Below are positions 23,876 to 35,815 of a stretch of DNA of 64,000 nucleotides, in pieces (the first letter of the stretch is position 1; the number at the start of each line of letters is the position of its first letter). Where the stretch lies: contig CAXHJY010000306.1 of the NCBI GenBank assembly GCA_964016885.1, positions 1-64,000 of the forward strand. The letters run 5' to 3'. This stretch comes from Eledone cirrhosa (lineage: Eukaryota). Both the position numbers and the translations under genes were made by a program. The notes under the pieces were generated by a model. That model was not told the origin of the DNA, made no database searches, and worked only from the letters and a program-made list of their open reading frames with translations.

Positions 23876-26800
23876 TCTAAACACAGAGCAGCACTGTTTA
23901 TGATATTGGCATTACTATTATGTTAGCAGAAAAATGGGTAGATAAGGTAATTGCCGTAAATAGAGTAAACGACAGAATCATTAAAATAAGACTAGTTCTA
24001 AATAGAACAACTGTGTCAACTGGTCTACGAGACTTTATAAAAGACAAGTTCTCTACAAGACGTTATAAAAGACAAGTTCTATGAGTTGCTAATGCTCACT
24101 ACCTCCCAAATAACCAACAATGACTACATAATTATTGCTGGCGACCTTAATGGTAATGTTGGATTACATTGAGATAGCTATGACGGAATCCATGGAGGTT
24201 ATGGTTTTGCTACTAGAAATGAGGAAGGCTTCAGGATCCTGGAATTCTGTGAAGCTTATAACCTAACTATCTGTAATACAAACTTAAAAAATACCCGAGA
24301 CAATCACTTGATCACTTATAGTTCAGGGGTATCACACCAGCCAGAGAAATTTTATCCTTACTAGAAGACGAGACAGAGTGTCTGCTGTAAACACTAAGTC
24401 CCTCCCCTGTGAAGAATACACCTTCCAACATAGCCTAATAATTAGTGACCTTATAGTCAGGACTAGACTTACTCGATGACAGAGGACTTCTTTGAGGAGA
24501 AGAATATGAAAGTTGAAGGACCTCATAGCCAGTAACAAATTTAAAAGCATATTACTTGATGCTTTTGACAGTAAGGAAGAGCAATTAGAGATGTACAATA
24601 TACAGGAACAGTGGGAATTCCTGAAAGTTAACTTGCTGAAGGCGACAAAAGAAATCTGTGGCTGGAGCAGACCTTTGGGCAGGAGGAGAGTAACTTGGTG
24701 GTTGAACAGTAAGGTGGAGGAGACAATCAAGGCCAAAAAGCAGGCTTGGGAAGAATAGCGGGATGGGGGAAGTAGAGAACAGCATCACGTGACTAGGAGA
24801 GAAGCTAGGCGACAAGTGTACTTTGCAAGAAGGGAAGCAGAGGATAGAAAGTTCAAGCATGTTCTACACTGCGAGGACCAAAAACGGGAGGTATTCAGGA
24901 TTGCAAGACAATGTGTCAAGGAAAATTGTGATATTGTCGGGGAGAAGTGTGTCCATAATGATGGTGGTGTATTTGCCCTCACTGATACTGATAAGAAGGT
25001 AGCTTGGAAGTGTCACTACAACAGAATACTAAATGAGGAGAATGAATGGGATAAAGATAGTCTGTCCCAAATTGATCCAACAGAGGGACCAGCTGTGCAA
25101 ATTAATGGTAGTGTAGTAAGTCAGGCAATCAAAGATATGAAGACAGGCAAGGCAGCTGGGCCTTCGGAGATAGTTGCTGAGATGTTGAAAGCATCTGGAA
25201 TGGTAGGACATACTATGGTCACCCAGATAGTAAACCAAGTAATACAGAATGGGGTCATACCAAATGACTGGCATAGCAGCATCATCATTAACTGCTGCAA
25301 GGGTAAAGGAGAAAACTATAGAGGCATTAAGTTAGTTGACCAGGTCATGAAGCTCACAAAAAGAGTCTTTGCACAACTGATTAGAGACCGAATTGATCTA
25401 GATGAAATGCAGTTTGGGTTTGTGCTAGGTAAAAGTACCACGGATGCTCTCTTGTATGGCAACTACAGGAGAACTACCTAGCTAAAAGTAAACCCCTCTA
25501 CTTAGCTTTTGTTGACTTGGAGAAAGCTTTTGACAGAGTCCCCCGTTCCATTATCTGGTGGGCTCTTAGAAAACTAGGAGTAGATGAGTGGCTTGTGAGA
25601 GCTATACAAGCCATGTATAGAGGACTAATCAGCAAGGTTATTATTAACAATGAATATAGTGAAAAATTTAGTGTAAAAGTAGGTGTTCATCAAGGCTCCG
25701 TCCTTAGCCCCTTCCTGTTTATTATTGCCCTACAGGCTATAGCAGAAGAGTTTAAGACTGGCTGCCCATGGGAACTTCTATACGCAGATGATCTAACTCT
25801 TGTAGCTGAATCTATGGCTGAACTACAGAAGAAGTTCCAAACATAGAAGCATGGCCTAGAATCAAAAGGCCTTACAGTTAACTTGTCTAAGTTTAAAGTT
25901 CTAGTATGTAGAAAAATAAATAGGGCACAGGTACCTTCTGGGAAATGGCCATGCTTAGTGTGTAAGAAAGGAGTAGATAGAAATTCATTCTATGCCCCAA
26001 ATACAAACTATGGGTTCATAAAAGATGTAGTGGGATCACAGGCAAGCTATCTAAGAATGTAGATTTTATATGTGGCTGATGCTCAGGTGCAGTAAGTAGC
26101 AAGTGCCCACTTCAACTGCCCAGGTGGCTCTATAGAAATAGTAGACATTTTCCGTTACCTGGGTGACAAAATCAGCAGTGGAGGAGGGTGTTCTAAACGT
26201 ACAGTATCCAGAGTTAGAATGGGATGGAAAAAGTTCAGAGAGCTAATACCACTATTGGCCACAAAAGGTTTCTCTCTAAAAACGAAAAGCAGATTGTATG
26301 ATGCTTGTATACAAACAGGAATGTTACATGGCAGTGAGATCTGGGCATTGTGTGTAGAGGATCTGCGCAAATTGGAAAGGAACTAAGCATGCAAACTCCG
26401 AGGGATGTGTAATAGTACGGCAAAATGTAAACAAACTGAGAAATTAGGAATAAGAGGGATCAGATGCAGTTTGATTGAGAGGAGATTACATTGGCATGGT
26501 CATGTGATGCGTATGAAGGACAACAGCTGTATAAAAAAGTGCAAGGCGATCAAAATTGATGGAAGCTACGGAGTAGTTAGACCCAGCAAAATCTGAGACG
26601 AGGTGATAAAATCTGACCTTGCACACTTGCACCTCTCTAAGACAATGTCACTGGATCAAGATCTTTGGCGCTATGCAGTAATACAGAAGACCCACCTTCC
26701 CTTACGTACAAACTTAAACCTACAGTCAGTAGGCACCTTTTAACCCAATATACACCCAATCCACATCCCACACCCCTACTCCATCCTTCCATTTCCGCCC

Positions 26801-27113
26801 ACACCACCCTTTCTCTGTAAAGTTATGTTAGTACCACAGAACATCCAGCCCACTAAAGTGCTCGGGTAGGTGTCACAACAAAAATCACCCAATCCACACT
26901 GTAAAGTGGTCGTGTAGGAGTCGTGGTAAAAAGCACCCAGCACACACACTGCAAATATGGTTGGTGCTAGGAAGGGCATCCAGCCGTAGAAAACCAGTCA
27001 GAAACAGTTCTATACAAGCGAGACACGGTCACCTGACCCAACTTGCCTCAAGTGGGACAAACCCGTCTAACCCATGCTGGCGTGGAAGATAGACTTTAAA
27101 CGATGATAATGAT
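23876..27113 (+). pseudogene. Decayed near-full-length RTE-clade LINE (APE + RT + Cys-rich insert + 3' UTR)
   Basis: APE: AGDLNG, HGGYGF..RNEEG..ILEFC. RT: YRGIKL, MQFGF, AFVDLEKAFDRVPR, GVHQGSVLSPFLF, LLYADDL. PHD-like WPCLVC..WVHKRC insert; WHGHVMRM. Many stops and frameshifts; (GAT)n tail. Confidence 0.92.
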
Positions 27114-27865
27114 GGGTGATGCCTGTGGAAAGGAGCTGTAGTAGAGGAAGGCTGAGAAAAAAAACTGGGCAGAGGTGATTAGAGCTGATCACAAAATGGT
27201 GAACCTCTCAGTGGAGATGAGAGAACTCTATGAGTGAAGGGATATTGGGCTGGAAAGGACTTGTCCAACCCATGCAAGCATGGTAAAGCAGTTGTATGAA
27301 GGATAATGGTGCTGTTTCTAATGATGAGATGTTTAAATTTTCTCAATTCTGTGATGATTTATTAAATAACTAGTGTTGATAAAGCAGTCCTCTTCATCTA
27401 AGTTGACATTGTTTATCAATAAAACAAATTATTGATGTTTATTCATATTTCAATAGAGTTTAAATGAGTTTAGTTATTATTGTTATTCTTTTCTTTGCTT
27501 TAATTTAAATGACCCTTTTTTTAAAAATTATATATATACTTGTGCATAAGTTGTACCTCTATTGAGGTTTTATAGGTTCAGTCGACAAGTCAAATGTTGG
27601 TTTTTCACATTGTATTTCCATGGAAAATTATGTGCATTATATATGAGTATATATATATAGTAACAATCTAAAATGAAAACTGATTTCTTTATGCAATTTT
27701 ATTTATGATTTCTAGCACATTAGTTGAATTTATGGTTTTCCTGATTACTTTTAAATACAATATTGTATTCTTAGATTAGACTTTGGTGGTGTATAAATCA
27801 ATCTGCTTGACCTTGGTATCACTATGGTAGAGGTGAGAGGATTTCATTCAGAATTAGAAATAATG

Positions 27866-28081
27866 GTTTCTGATTTAGGCACAGGGCCAATAATGTTAGG
27901 GAGGGGAAAGGCGATTAAATCGGCGCCAGTGCATTACTCGTACTTTATTTTATCAACCCCCATAAGGATGAAAGGTAAAGCTAATCTCAGCGGGATTTGA
28001 ACTCAGAACACAAAGGGACATAACTATATGCCACAAAGCATGTTGTCCAATGCTCTACCAATATTGCCACTTCCCCTCCCT
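27866..28081 (-). mobile_element. tRNA-derived SINE (family with CCTTTCATCC..GATAAA..AGTAC core), with target-site duplication
   Basis: TTCAGAATTAGAAATAAT is duplicated at 27848-27865 and 28082-28099. Same family at 32640-32782(-), 35944-36138(-), 38130-38351(+), 39770-39925(-), 41468-41635(+), 48565-48790(-), 48826-49045(-). Confidence 0.8.
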
Positions 28082-29012
28082 TTCAGAATTAGAAATAATA
28101 TTAATAACTATCCAGTTATTATACCACTTAGTGAGTGAGAGAAAGGATCAGGAAGGGCATCCATCTGTAGAATTCTGCTTCAAGAAATCCTGCCTGCTGA
28201 AAGATTTGCACAAAATTTGGAGTACAACTTTGACTTGACTTGGATTCTTGCTTACTGTCAACCTTAAGTATGCATAGAGCTTTACATACTTTACTAAAAA
28301 TATTAGTGTGTGTATGTATATATATATATATGTGTGTTTGTGTGTGTATTTTAAATTTTTCCATCCTGACACAAATGACCTTAATGTGGGTACTTTACTC
28401 AATTTTGTCAACTATTATTTATAGTAATCAATTATTATTATGGTCATCAGCATTTGGATGCACACAATTCAAATTTTCCCAATGCTTTCTAAGTCAACTA
28501 TTTTATTTACATATATATATCATAAAGAATTTATTTCTTGCGTCACTGAGTGTATAGGGACTGCCTGAGACAATTTGACTTGTGTTGCCACAGTACAATT
28601 ACAACTTTAATCTATTACTTTAAATGTTATATATCTACTATATAAATGGCAATTTCTGTCTGTCTGTATATAACCAGTTGGCACCTACACCAGTGATCCG
28701 ATCCTGATGAAACTTTACATGCATGTTAAGCTAATATTCAGAAACAGGACTGGCTAATTGGATTTCAATAAAAATCAATAATGGAATTCCTGGGGACATC
28801 GTTACAATGGAGGAGGAAAGAGAAGACGTTTCAGTGAGAGAGGGGGAAGAGAGATAATACTACTGTATGTTAAACCCTCCCTCCCACTACTCCCCTTTCT
28901 TCTTCCACAACTCAGTCTTCCAAAACGAGACAACAACTTATTAGAAATATACATAAAGAAATTTCAATCAAAGCAGACGACAATCTAATTTTGGTGGATG
29001 ACTGAAAAGATG

Positions 29013-29049
<37 letters not shown>

Positions 29050-29738
29050 CATCTACTGATATGGATTCTGAACACGTACACACGCGTAGGTCACATTAAG
29101 GTCAACTGCAGGAATCGGTGATAAGTTACAAAAAAGTGTGATGATCAATGACCTGGAAGTTGGCTTACCATGAGATTAGTCCGAAGAATAAAATCCAAAT
29201 CGTATGTTGACGAATAGTTGTACTCCCGGCATGTTAATTGTAACATGCCGTCTTTGAGAGTAGGGTTTATTTTGTCAATATTTCAAGGTGTCGGATTGTG
29301 GGAAGATTAACACAAATTAAGAAGATGTAACTTCTCCCCCATTATTTACATTTTGCAACAGTGAACGTTACAAGGCCCTCATTAGGGCCAACACTTCTGA
29401 TTGTTATCCGACTTATGGTGTTTTTACTCGGGTTATGTCTACTATAGCAGGAAAATGGGATGGTTTTATTGAATTGCTTCAGTCATTTGAAGTGCTTTAC
29501 AAATGGTGATATACAGGGTACCTTGAACAGTACCTGAATATGTTCACTCAGTTATAATTTTTTCAATAATTGCGATGACTTCCTCAAATGTTCTGTGTTT
29601 GTTCTTGAATGCTAAGGCAATAGTTTGCTAATCTTATACATGTTTGTTGAATAAGTTTGATACTCTTCGAGCTCAAACTTCTCCGGCTTATTTACTCTGA
29701 ATGAAGAAAGCTGTATGGAAGAAGGACTTATGACTTAA

Positions 29739-30829
29739 CCCTTTAGTGTTAAAACCGCCCGAAACCATCCAAAATTATTTCCCCTTCATTTGTTCAAACC
29801 GCCCGAAACCGGCCGATAACACCCGCACTAAAATATCGTTCTAAAAATAAACAAACCATCATCAAAATCTCGTCAATTCGATAATTACTGCGAGATTAGG
29901 CCCTGACCACGAAAATTAACACTTAATATAGTGAAACAACTTAAAACAACGTGTTTTTTTAACATTGAAAGTAGAACAGATTTTTTGTTTATCAACATGG
30001 CTTGCAAAAGTAGCGATACTGACTTTGAAGGTTTTACACACGATGACATTCAGAATGAACAAGAAACAAAAGATAATATGAGTGATTTATCTTCAAATGA
30101 ATCAGATGTTTACATTTCTGAAATTTCATCCGACGATGATTGTTGTTTTGAAAGTGAAAATGGAGATCTCCAGGACGCCATTGAAAATATTACAGCAACG
30201 TTGTTGAAAAATACCACACCAATATATGTTCCCGATTTTATTCAAAATACTGGTCCACAACACACATTAGCTCCCAATGCTAAAGCACTGGATTATTTCT
30301 TTTTCTTTTTACCACAAACTTTCTTCAAAGTTGTGGCAGAAGAGACTAATCGATATGCTCAACAACAGATTTCAAATCGAGGAAAACCCGACCTGTTTGG
30401 CGATCGACAGATGGTGCGGAAATGCAAGCATTTTTTACCAGAAATATTATGTTCAGTATAAAAAAATTTCCATGGCTGGAATTACTGGAGCACTGATATA
30501 AGGTTTAGTGATCCTTATATATAAAGTATTATGCCGAAAACAACGTATTTAAAATTAAACCAGTATTTGCACCTGGCTGATACTTCAAATGCCCCTATTA
30601 ATTAATTTCACCTGCCCATAAAAGTCAAATTTAACCAAAAAATCAGGTAAAATTATATAATTGTAAATTATTGATATTTAAACATCTACTGACAAAATTT
30701 CAAGCCTGCACATAGAAAATTAAGAAAATTACAAACAAATAAAATTGATAACCCTCTTGAGTATGATTAACTTAAAATAATGCGAACAGATAAGCATGAC
30801 ATTTGAAAATTAATGCAAATGCTAAAGGG
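29739..30829 (+). mobile_element. Internally deleted piggyBac transposon nested in the Helitron
   Basis: TTAA at 29735-29738 and 30830-30833; TIR CCCTTTAG(TG/CA)TT; contains a transposase N-terminus. Confidence 0.9.
29997..30597 (+). pseudogene. piggyBac (PGBD-type) transposase N-terminal fragment, frameshifted
   Basis: Acidic N-terminus SDTDFEGF, then F..NTGP, LDYFFFFL, VAEETNRYAQQ; after the frameshift TDGAEMQAF and IMPKTTYLKLNQYLHLAD. DDD catalytic core missing. Confidence 0.85.
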
Positions 30830-31000
30830 TTAAACAGCTATTGATAGTTCCACACAAAAAATAGATTGCCATAAACACACCTAGCAAAGGTGGCTATTGA
30901 AAATCCAGTATGGACACCCAGGGTCGCTAGCATTTTCAGGCGCACTCTGGGAACTGCAAATAACCCCACCTTTCCTGGGTATTACCGGGTACTGCAGCTA

Positions 31001-31038
<38 letters not shown>

Positions 31039-31249
31039 ATTTAAAGCATGAAAAAGTAGATATAAAAATGATGATGATATGTATATTCTAGAAATAGTTC
31101 ATGGAATTATTACCTCTGTTGGCAATGTAGGGAATGTTTCCATGTGAAAGATTGTATGATGTCTGTATGTAATGCAATGTTAGTCTAGTACTGAGACATG
31201 GGCATTAAACATAGAGAGTATGTGAAGGCTAGAAAGAAATGAATTGAGT

Positions 31250-31540
31250 CACTACTTCTCTGAATTGAAAGATCACAGCTCTGATATTATGGGCATGTGA
31301 TTAGAATGTCTCAGGAAAGAATTGCTGAACAGATTTTATGGGCAAAACCAATTGGCAGGAGACCCACGGGTAGAGCCTGAGCAAGAAAGATGGTTGGACA
31401 ATATCCATGAACTTGGCTGATCTTGCTTAGGGGTCCAGCCAGATCAACTGGAGATAGTTGCTTCTGACAGGACCTGTTGGAAGGTGTATTTGAGGACTTT
31501 GCCCCAACAACCCTCTCAGGAATAAGTGGGAGAAGAAGAA
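31250..31540 (+). mobile_element. Rex3/Expander-like RTE 3' end
   Basis: Same family as 34100-34975; GAAGAAGAA tail. Confidence 0.65.
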
Positions 31541-31843
31541 TGTAAAATGTTGTGTTAATGTGCATGAACAACAAAATAGAGGTGTGCTGAGAGGAAAACT
31601 GGACATAAGAGTAATCAGATGTAGTGTACAAGAAAGATGATTGCACTGGTATGGACACTTAGTATGTATCGATGATAATCATTGGGTGATGAAGTTCCAT
31701 GTGGAAGTTGAGGAAGACTAAAAAGAAGACTTGGACAGAAGTGGGGAAAGCAGATCTTAGAGTGCTGAACCATACAAAGGTGATGAGAAAGAAAAGGGAC
31801 AAAGAAAAATGGAAGGATGAAATATTGTAGAAGACTTGTTTAG

Positions 31844-32020
31844 CTCTTTATATCCTGTAATTATATTGCAGAAAATATCTAAATTTAACAGATTTTTTAT
31901 TTGAAATGTTTTGCAGTATCTTTACTACAGACCATTGTAAAATTTTTCAGTATTAGGGTGCAGTCATAGTGCCCATTTTGTGCTTTTCAAGAATGTCTTT
32001 CCAATGTTGAATGTTAAGAG
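31844..32020 (+). mobile_element. TTAA-targeting MITE, TIR consensus ~CTCTTAACATCCTG (piggyBac-like); other copies at ~35826-36209, 36403-36615, 37077-37180 (5' half), 37351-37840
   Basis: Shared internal GCAGAAAATATCTAAA..; TTAACTCTTAA / TTAAGAGTTAA ends. This copy splits an RTE tail (AAGACTTGT-TTAA-CCCATG) at TTAA. Confidence 0.7.
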
Positions 32021-34099
32021 TTAACCCATGAAAGCATGGAAAAGTGGGCATAAAAATGAAGATGTTGAATGTACACACATACAGCAAATGTAAAATATGT
32101 TTAAGCCATTGTACATTCTAGAACATAAGCTGAATAAGTGAATTTAGTTAAAAGGTTTAGAATATTATTTATTAATATTAAAATACAATTTTATTTATTA
32201 CAGTCTGACTTCTTCCTCTAGGCGGAATCATAGTTTTAATGTCTTTTTATAAATGTTTGGTTGTTTTGTTTTTATGTTAATTCTTTATTGCAATATGTAA
32301 ATAATAAGAGAGATTACATTTGGGAATATTTCTCCTCATTGTTTGTTTTGTTGAAGAAAAAAGTAACAAATTGATTTTAACTGCAGTCAGTTTTGGAGCA
32401 TGGTCAATTTCTTTTATATCATTCTACTACATATGCAGAGCATTAGAAGTAATTTAAATATATTTCTGATTTATCCACTCAATGGTTCAATACTGGTCTG
32501 ATTCTTTTATCAGCAAATATAGCTATTCTTCAGGGGTCAATCAATTTGAATTGGATAAGGAAAAAAAAAGGGGGGGTGGGTGGCAATTGGTTGTAGAGAG
32601 AAACCAAGAAATGTAGTTGGTAATATTCATCATCATCATACTTTGGTACTTTATTTTATTGACCCTGAAAAGATGAAAAGCAAAGTTGACATCTGGATTT
32701 GAACTCAAGAGTTCATTGAGCCAGAACAAATATTGAAACATTTCATCTGATGCTCAAATGATTCTGCTAATTTCACTGCCTTATCATCATCATCATCATT
32801 TTTACATCCAGTTTTACATGCTTGCAAGGATTGGATGGGATGTTTTGTGACTGTTTTACAGCCCGATGCCCTTCCTGGCATCAACCGTTTTAGCTGCCGC
32901 TTACAATACAGGAATATGGTGTACCTATTCTAAAAGCTGGGCTACACATAGCATATATATTGTATATATGCTGAAAACCACAAACCAGATCTGTGTCTGA
33001 AGCAAGGTCTCAGCTAGATGAAGAGTGACATGGTGGATGAAAGATCAAGTATAGAGAGCCATAAAAAGAAAGAGACAAGATTGGGGAAAAAAAAGAGGAG
33101 CAGAATGTGATATTTATAGTTATCTGCCTTATGGCGGCTTTCTCCCCCCCCCCCCCCAAAGCAAAGCGAACATTTTTCTAAAATGCACACACACATAATA
33201 TAGAATGTACACACACACATTTACTCATATATAAGAAGGGCTTTACAGTTTCTGTCATCATTCACAAGTCATTGGTTGACTAAGGCTATAGTAGAAGACA
33301 CTTGTTCATAGTGACATGCAGTGGAATAGAACTCAATACCATGTTGTGAAGCAGTTTACTTCACTACATAGCCAGGCCCTGTTAGAAAATTAGTTCTATC
33401 TTAGAAACGGAAAATGGGATGTCATGAAAACAGATGAAATATAGAGTTGTGGTGAATGGAATGTTATGGAAATAGGGAACACCATTTAGAGTTATGGTTA
33501 TGGAAACAGAGAATCTGCAATTGCTAGTTGCATTTTAATATCACTCAAGCAGACATGTCTCTTTTATAAATGACCTGAGTGTTTAAGGATATTTGAATAT
33601 CTTTCTCATGTTATGACAGTAAAATAATCTGTGTTATATATCTATGTAAGAAGAATATTATATATCAGAAAATGAAGCCTTACACTCTATTTTTATTGAT
33701 ACTATTATTTAGCAACATGTCATATCTGATCCAGCTGACTTATGATCACCAGTCTTCTAGAGGTCACCAGCTTCTCTTTTGGTGTTATTTTTGGGCTATG
33801 GGGCGGGAGGAATGAGACATTCAATGTGTCCTTCCATTTTAAGATGGTATTTTGAAATTTAAAGAACATTTGGCTGCTATCTTTAGCTGATGAAGTGACC
33901 ACATAGAGCAGGTATCAGCACAAATTTTTTTTTTGGGGGGGGCGGGGGCAGGTTGAATTGGAAATGTTTTTCGGTTGCAGGTAAAAGCAAATAAAAACTG
34001 AAACCTTGATCATAAATGACCATGGAAACAGCTTGTTTTTAATTAGCATAAATGCTTGAAGCACTTTTACTGGCAAAGTACTCCAAAATTAATGAATCT

Positions 34100-34975
34100 T
34101 CAATTTGGTCTTCATGCCTTCTCTTATCTATGGCCACGAATCTTGGGTAATGACCAAAAGATTATGATCAAGAAATACAAACAGCAGAAATGGGGTTCAT
34201 CTGATAGGTGTTTGGAGTAACATTACTTGAGAGGGTACATAGCTTGGTGATCAGGGAATCACTCCAGGTAGAGTCGCTGCTTCTCTGAATCAAGAAATCA
34301 CAGCTCTGGTACTACAGTCATATGGTTAGAATATCTAAGGAAAGAATCATTGGGTAGATTTTACTGGCAAAGCCAACTGGCAAGAAACCCAGAGGTAGAC
34401 CATGAGCAAGATGGTTAGATAACATCCATGAGCTTGGCTGGTCTCACTTGGGGATCCAGCCAGATCATTTAGAGACAGTTGCTTCTGACGGGACTTGCTG
34501 GAAAGAGTGTTTGAGGATTCTGCCCCCACGACCCTCTCAGGAATAAGTGAGTGAAGAAGAAGAAGAATCATTGGATAGATTATACTGGCAAATTCAACCA
34601 GCAGGAGACCCAGAGGTAGACCATGAGCAAGATGGTTGAATATCATTTATGAGTTTGGGGATCCAGCCAGATCAGTTGGAGACAGTTGCTTCTGACAAAA
34701 CCCGCTAGAAGGAGTGTTTGAGGACTCTGAGCCCATGTCCCTCACAGGAATAAGTAGGCGAAGAAGAAGAATCATTGGATAGATTTTACAGGCAAAGCCA
34801 ACTGGCAGGAGACCCAGAGTAAGATGGTTGGATAACATCCATAAAATTGGTTGTTCTCGCTTGGGGATCCATTTGGATCATTTAGAGATAATTGTTTCTG
34901 ATAGGACCCTCTGGAAGATATATTTGAGGAATCTACCCTAACAACCCTCTCAGGAATAAGTCGATGAAGAAGATA
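34100..34975 (+). mobile_element. Rex3/Expander-like RTE 3' fragment with a triplicated 3' end
   Basis: Decayed LIYGHESWVMT..., followed by three ~205-220-bp units starting at 34344, 34565 and 34769, each ending in GAAGAAGA. Confidence 0.75.
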
Positions 34976-35172
34976 TAGAGTCAGTTATAAAGAAAAGACA
35001 AATATTTTCATGAGCAACATTAAAATTCTACCAACAATTGCTGTATTCAGCTACTGGTTTTATTTTATGTTTCTGTCAGTTATGTTGTAGCAGTATTAAA
35101 AATGAGATACATATTCCGACCTTTTGAAAGCATGAATTTTTATGTCAGAAGTGAACGGAATAGTTTCACTGT

Positions 35173-35815
35173 GTGTTTGTATGTGCTGTGATTCCTGAAG
35201 GGCTAACTTCAATGTTCCAGCCCCTAGTTGTCTCTCTCATTAAGCTATTCAAGGACTACCTCCATGAGCAGTGGAGGCTGTGGCTTGCTAGTGGCCAAGC
35301 TGCAGTAAGTTGTGCACAAGCCTGTCCAAAGCCTGAATACTCATCAGGCTGGTGCTTATTTCAGTTTCTTTCGCATAAACGACAAAATGTACAATATTCC
35401 CCTACCCTGGACAGGACACTAGTGTATCACAGAGTTAACTTAGCTACTGCTGGTATTTTCAGTTGAGTGTATTGGAGCAACATGAAATGAAGTGTTTTGC
35501 TCAAGAACACAATTTTCCACACTGTCCACGAAGGAAAAGTAATTTATGCAAGCAACTTGAAAAAGCCCAGTCTGAGGAATGGTTAGTGGCTGTTTGGAAC
35601 AAAATTGACAGTGATATGGTAAAATACTATTTTAAGTGTAAGATTAAAACAGTGCCACAGATAGAACAGAGGATGAGTCTTGTGGAATGAGTCTGATAAA
35701 CAAAATGCCAAAGGACAAAGAAAAGGATGGACTTTATGATGACCTTATTTCAATTGAACAGGCTTGGCAATTATTTGAAGAGTCTGATGAAAAAGACTTC
35801 TATGGTTTTCACCTA
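35173..35815 (+). pseudogene. pogo/Tigger-type DDE transposase remnant, interrupted by a SINE (~35340-35530)
   Basis: AVIPEGLTSMFQPLVVSLIKLFK resembles the DDE_1 motif VIPGGLTS.LQPLDV..NKPFK; then EW..AVWNKIDSDMV and an acidic tail ending DFYGF. Confidence 0.75.

Larger units (their letters stand above)
28634..31001 (+). mobile_element. Non-autonomous Helitron
   Basis: 5' A|TCTACTATATAAAT with (CTGT)n and a CCGATCCTGATGAAACTT subterminal segment. 3' hairpin CCTGG-GTATTA-CCGGG, then CTAG|T at 30998-31002. A|T target with no TSD. Confidence 0.75.

Noticed and set aside
29931-30461. Domesticated PGBD host gene
   Set aside because: Frameshifted, lacks the catalytic core and is still flanked by TIRs and TTAA TSDs.
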